DNA of 57,742 bases from an uncultured virus (IMG/VR IMGVR_UViG_3300029286_002633) (lineage: Duplodnaviria > Heunggongvirae > Uroviricota > Caudoviricetes): IMG/VR virus record IMGVR_UViG_3300029286_002633; one strand, given 5' to 3'. Shown piece after piece: positions 55,488 to 57,742 of the stretch. The position numbers and the translations under genes are program-made. Positions within the stretch are counted from its first letter, which is position 1. The number at the start of each line of letters is the position of its first letter. The notes beneath the pieces were generated by a model, which had not been told where the DNA came from, ran no database searches, and worked only from the letters and a program-made list of their open reading frames with translations.

Positions 55488-57742
55488 TTATAACAATACT
55501 GCTTTGTTTAATAATACCAATAATTCCTAATATCACACTGCCAGCAAAAGCATATGATATGGGAGAATACGTATATGTCGGTGGCGGTGGAGTTGGTAAT
55601 GTGGCGGTAAAACAATATTGGGCATCTAACCTCACCCTAAAGGCGCAAACTGCTACGTATGGTCAAATGATTTATGACATTGTTCAGGATGATACTTACA
55701 TCTATGCCGCAGGGAGAGTCACCGATTCTCCTTGGCATGGTACAATAAACAAGTACTGGAAAAGCAATTTGACACTTGCGGCAACATCCGCTTCTTATGG
55801 TGGCGGGGGAATGCAAAAGGACATACTATGTCTTGCTATAGATGATACTTATGTCTATGCCGCAGGTGCTACAGCGAATTATGTCAGCAAATATTGGAAA
55901 TCAAATCTTACATGGGTAGCAAACACAGTTTCCTATGGTGGCTGGATTTGGGGAATTTGCGTTGACGATACCTATATCTACGCCGGTGGTGCAACAACTC
56001 AAAGAGTCCGTTGGTATTGGAAAACCAACATGACCTATAAAGGTCAGCAAGTTGCAGAAGCAAGAGCAATATTGGGTCTCTCTCAAGATAACTATTCATC
56101 AATGGGAAGTGTTCATTATTATGTCGCATTAAATACAATTGCATCAGGGGTTGGCTCTATCCATCAATATGGGAAAGGTGGAGGTGCCGCTTCAACACCC
56201 TATTATGGTTCCATGAATGCAGTAAGTTCAATTGACTCAACATATTTCTATTGCGGGGGGGCAGGAAGTACGCTATATCAATTTTGGAAATCGAATGTCA
56301 GTTCTGGTAAACCACCAAGAAAATCAGTATCTTTTGGTAGTCAAATTGAGGCTATTGGAGAAGATGGTAAATACGTCTATGTTGGTGGTGATACAACTAC
56401 TTTTAGAAAATATGACAAAGCGACTTTAACATCAGCGGCGACAGGGACGTACGGCACAACCATCTATGCGATTCTGGTAGAAACAACCCCATTTGATGAT
56501 GATGTTTATGTTGATGATGATGCTGCACCAAGTTGGTATGATTACTCCCATGTTCATACTGTAGAAGAAGGGATTGATGTTGTTCCAGACGGGAGAACAA
56601 TTTATGTTCTTCCAGGATATTATATCGAGAACCAATTGGAGATAACCAAACATTGCAACCTCATAGGAAGTTCACCTGATGAAGTCACAATAGACGCTGA
56701 TGGTTCTTCTTACTTGATGGAAGTCAATTCCGATTATGTTAATATCTCAGGGATTACTTTTTATAATTCATTCGATGGTCTTCTGAATCTCTACGTTGGA
56801 CAATATTGCTCTGTAACAAACTGTTATTTCGATACAAGTGGCAATGGTTGTATCGGTATAGGCGGTGAAGGTGCAGGATTTAACACGACAATTTCTGATT
56901 GTGTGATTACAAATGTAGATTTTAACCCAGCAATTATGTGTTTAGGTGGAGAAAAAATTACCATAAGAAATACAACTATAACGAATGTTTATGGTGATGG
57001 TACTGCTATTTCACTGTCTTACACGGATGACGTCATAATGGATGGTTGTAACATCTCTGATTGCGATGTGGCTATTCGTTATTCAGGCGTAGAAAGTCAG
57101 ATTACAAATAACGTCCTCTATGACTGTGGATATGGTATTGTTCTCGAATCAGAAGACGCAACAATTTCCAATAATAACATCAGTGACATGACAGAAGATG
57201 GGCTGTTCATCGACTATTGCACAATATCTCGTATCGAAAATAATATCATTCATGATTGCCTCGGTAGTGGTATATCAACAGTTGATGGTGTTGATGCTGT
57301 TTACGACAATATCTTTTTCCATAATGAAATATACAATAACAGCAACTATGGATATTATAGCGGTGAGGACGATTATGGCACATCAAACCTGTGGTATGAT
57401 AATTCGTTCCATGGCAATCCTATAAACGCTTACGATGTCTATTCGGAAGACATATGGAATGTCTCAAAGACGCTTGGGACAAATATCATGGGTGGTCCGT
57501 ATCTTGGTGGTAACTACTGGTCTGATTATACGGGGGAGGATACTTCTGGTGATGGTCTTGGAGACACATGGGTGCCTCATTCTTGTGGAATATACATGGT
57601 TCCAGGTGATTATCTTCCTCTGATGGAATGGGTTGAACCTCATCATCATGAACCTGAACCACAACCAGAATTACCTCCATCAGAACCACAAGGAAATGAA
57701 ACCATAATCCGAGTTCCTCAACCTGAATTACCCAAGTACGCT
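55469..57742 (+). CDS. Secreted protein running off the 3' end (absent from the ORF track): YWKSN propeller + NosD/CASH right-handed beta-helix
   Basis: ATG 55469 MDKKIVVITILLCL...; no stop found to the window end; VYVDDD, I.NN.I repeats, NIMGGPYLGGNYWSDYTGEDTSGDGLGD; ends PELPKYA. Confidence 0.88.
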   Translation, partial: MDKKIVVITILLCLIIPIIPNITLPAKAYDMGEYVYVGGGGVGNVAVKQYWASNLTLKAQTATYGQMIYDIVQDDTYIYAAGRVTDSPWHGTINKYWKSNLTLAATSASYGGGGMQKDILCLAIDDTYVYAAGATANYVSKYWKSNLTWVANTVSYGGWIWGICVDDTYIYAGGATTQRVRWYWKTNMTYKGQQVAEARAILGLSQDNYSSMGSVHYYVALNTIASGVGSIHQYGKGGGAASTPYYGSMNAVSSIDSTYFYCGGAGSTLYQFWKSNVSSGKPPRKSVSFGSQIEAIGEDGKYVYVGGDTTTFRKYDKATLTSAATGTYGTTIYAILVETTPFDDDVYVDDDAAPSWYDYSHVHTVEEGIDVVPDGRTIYVLPGYYIENQLEITKHCNLIGSSPDEVTIDADGSSYLMEVNSDYVNISGITFYNSFDGLLNLYVGQYCSVTNCYFDTSGNGCIGIGGEGAGFNTTISDCVITNVDFNPAIMCLGGEKITIRNTTITNVYGDGTAISLSYTDDVIMDGCNISDCDVAIRYSGVESQITNNVLYDCGYGIVLESEDATISNNNISDMTEDGLFIDYCTISRIENNIIHDCLGSGISTVDGVDAVYDNIFFHNEIYNNSNYGYYSGEDDYGTSNLWYDNSFHGNPINAYDVYSEDIWNVSKTLGTNIMGGPYLGGNYWSDYTGEDTSGDGLGDTWVPHSCGIYMVPGDYLPLMEWVEPHHHEPEPQPELPPSEPQGNETIIRVPQPELPKYA

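Noticed and set aside
33..57689. Many short antisense or alternative-frame ORFs in the track (e.g. 21201-21734, 32427-33092, 49158-49751, 55438-57689)
   Set aside because: They overlap well-supported genes and show no motifs; those after 55469 are shadows of the unlisted run-off ORF
1..57742. Borg-style perfect tandem nucleotide repeats, tRNA/rRNA genes, transposases
   Set aside because: None seen by eye; only short Gly-codon runs (e.g. ~20492-20515). A tRNAscan/TRF run would be needed to exclude them fully

Overview
AT-rich archaeal-type DNA (TATA-box promoters, GAGGTGA-type RBS, many apparently leaderless genes, NxS/T-rich secreted proteins) with no housekeeping, rRNA, tRNA or CRISPR loci that I could see. 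Two surface-protein regions (1-23.9 kb, 46.5-57.7 kb) flank a ~22 kb block of short phage/plasmid-like genes (HIRAN, ParB/Srx-like, GNAT, ASCH, AbrB, thioredoxin fold, intein-split radical SAM/SPASM enzyme, 1132-aa helical repeat protein). This suggests a large archaeal extrachromosomal element or virus, possibly of a Thermoplasmatota host (inference). Main candidates for new biology: (1) five genes sharing a ~130-aa pilin-like domain with a putative N-terminal donor strand, plus a DUF916-like membrane anchor, with the two small subunit genes bracketed by three copies of a covarying stem-loop; (2) a cellulosome-like cohesin/dockerin set with membrane anchors, cohesin+dockerin adaptors and a dockerin-tagged C25 (gingipain-family) protease; (3) repeated insertion of binding modules into loops of scaffold domains; (4) a GTATAC-N15-TATA promoter class and a dispersed TGTTATAACA palindrome. 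Domain names come from motifs recognised by eye, not from database searches.
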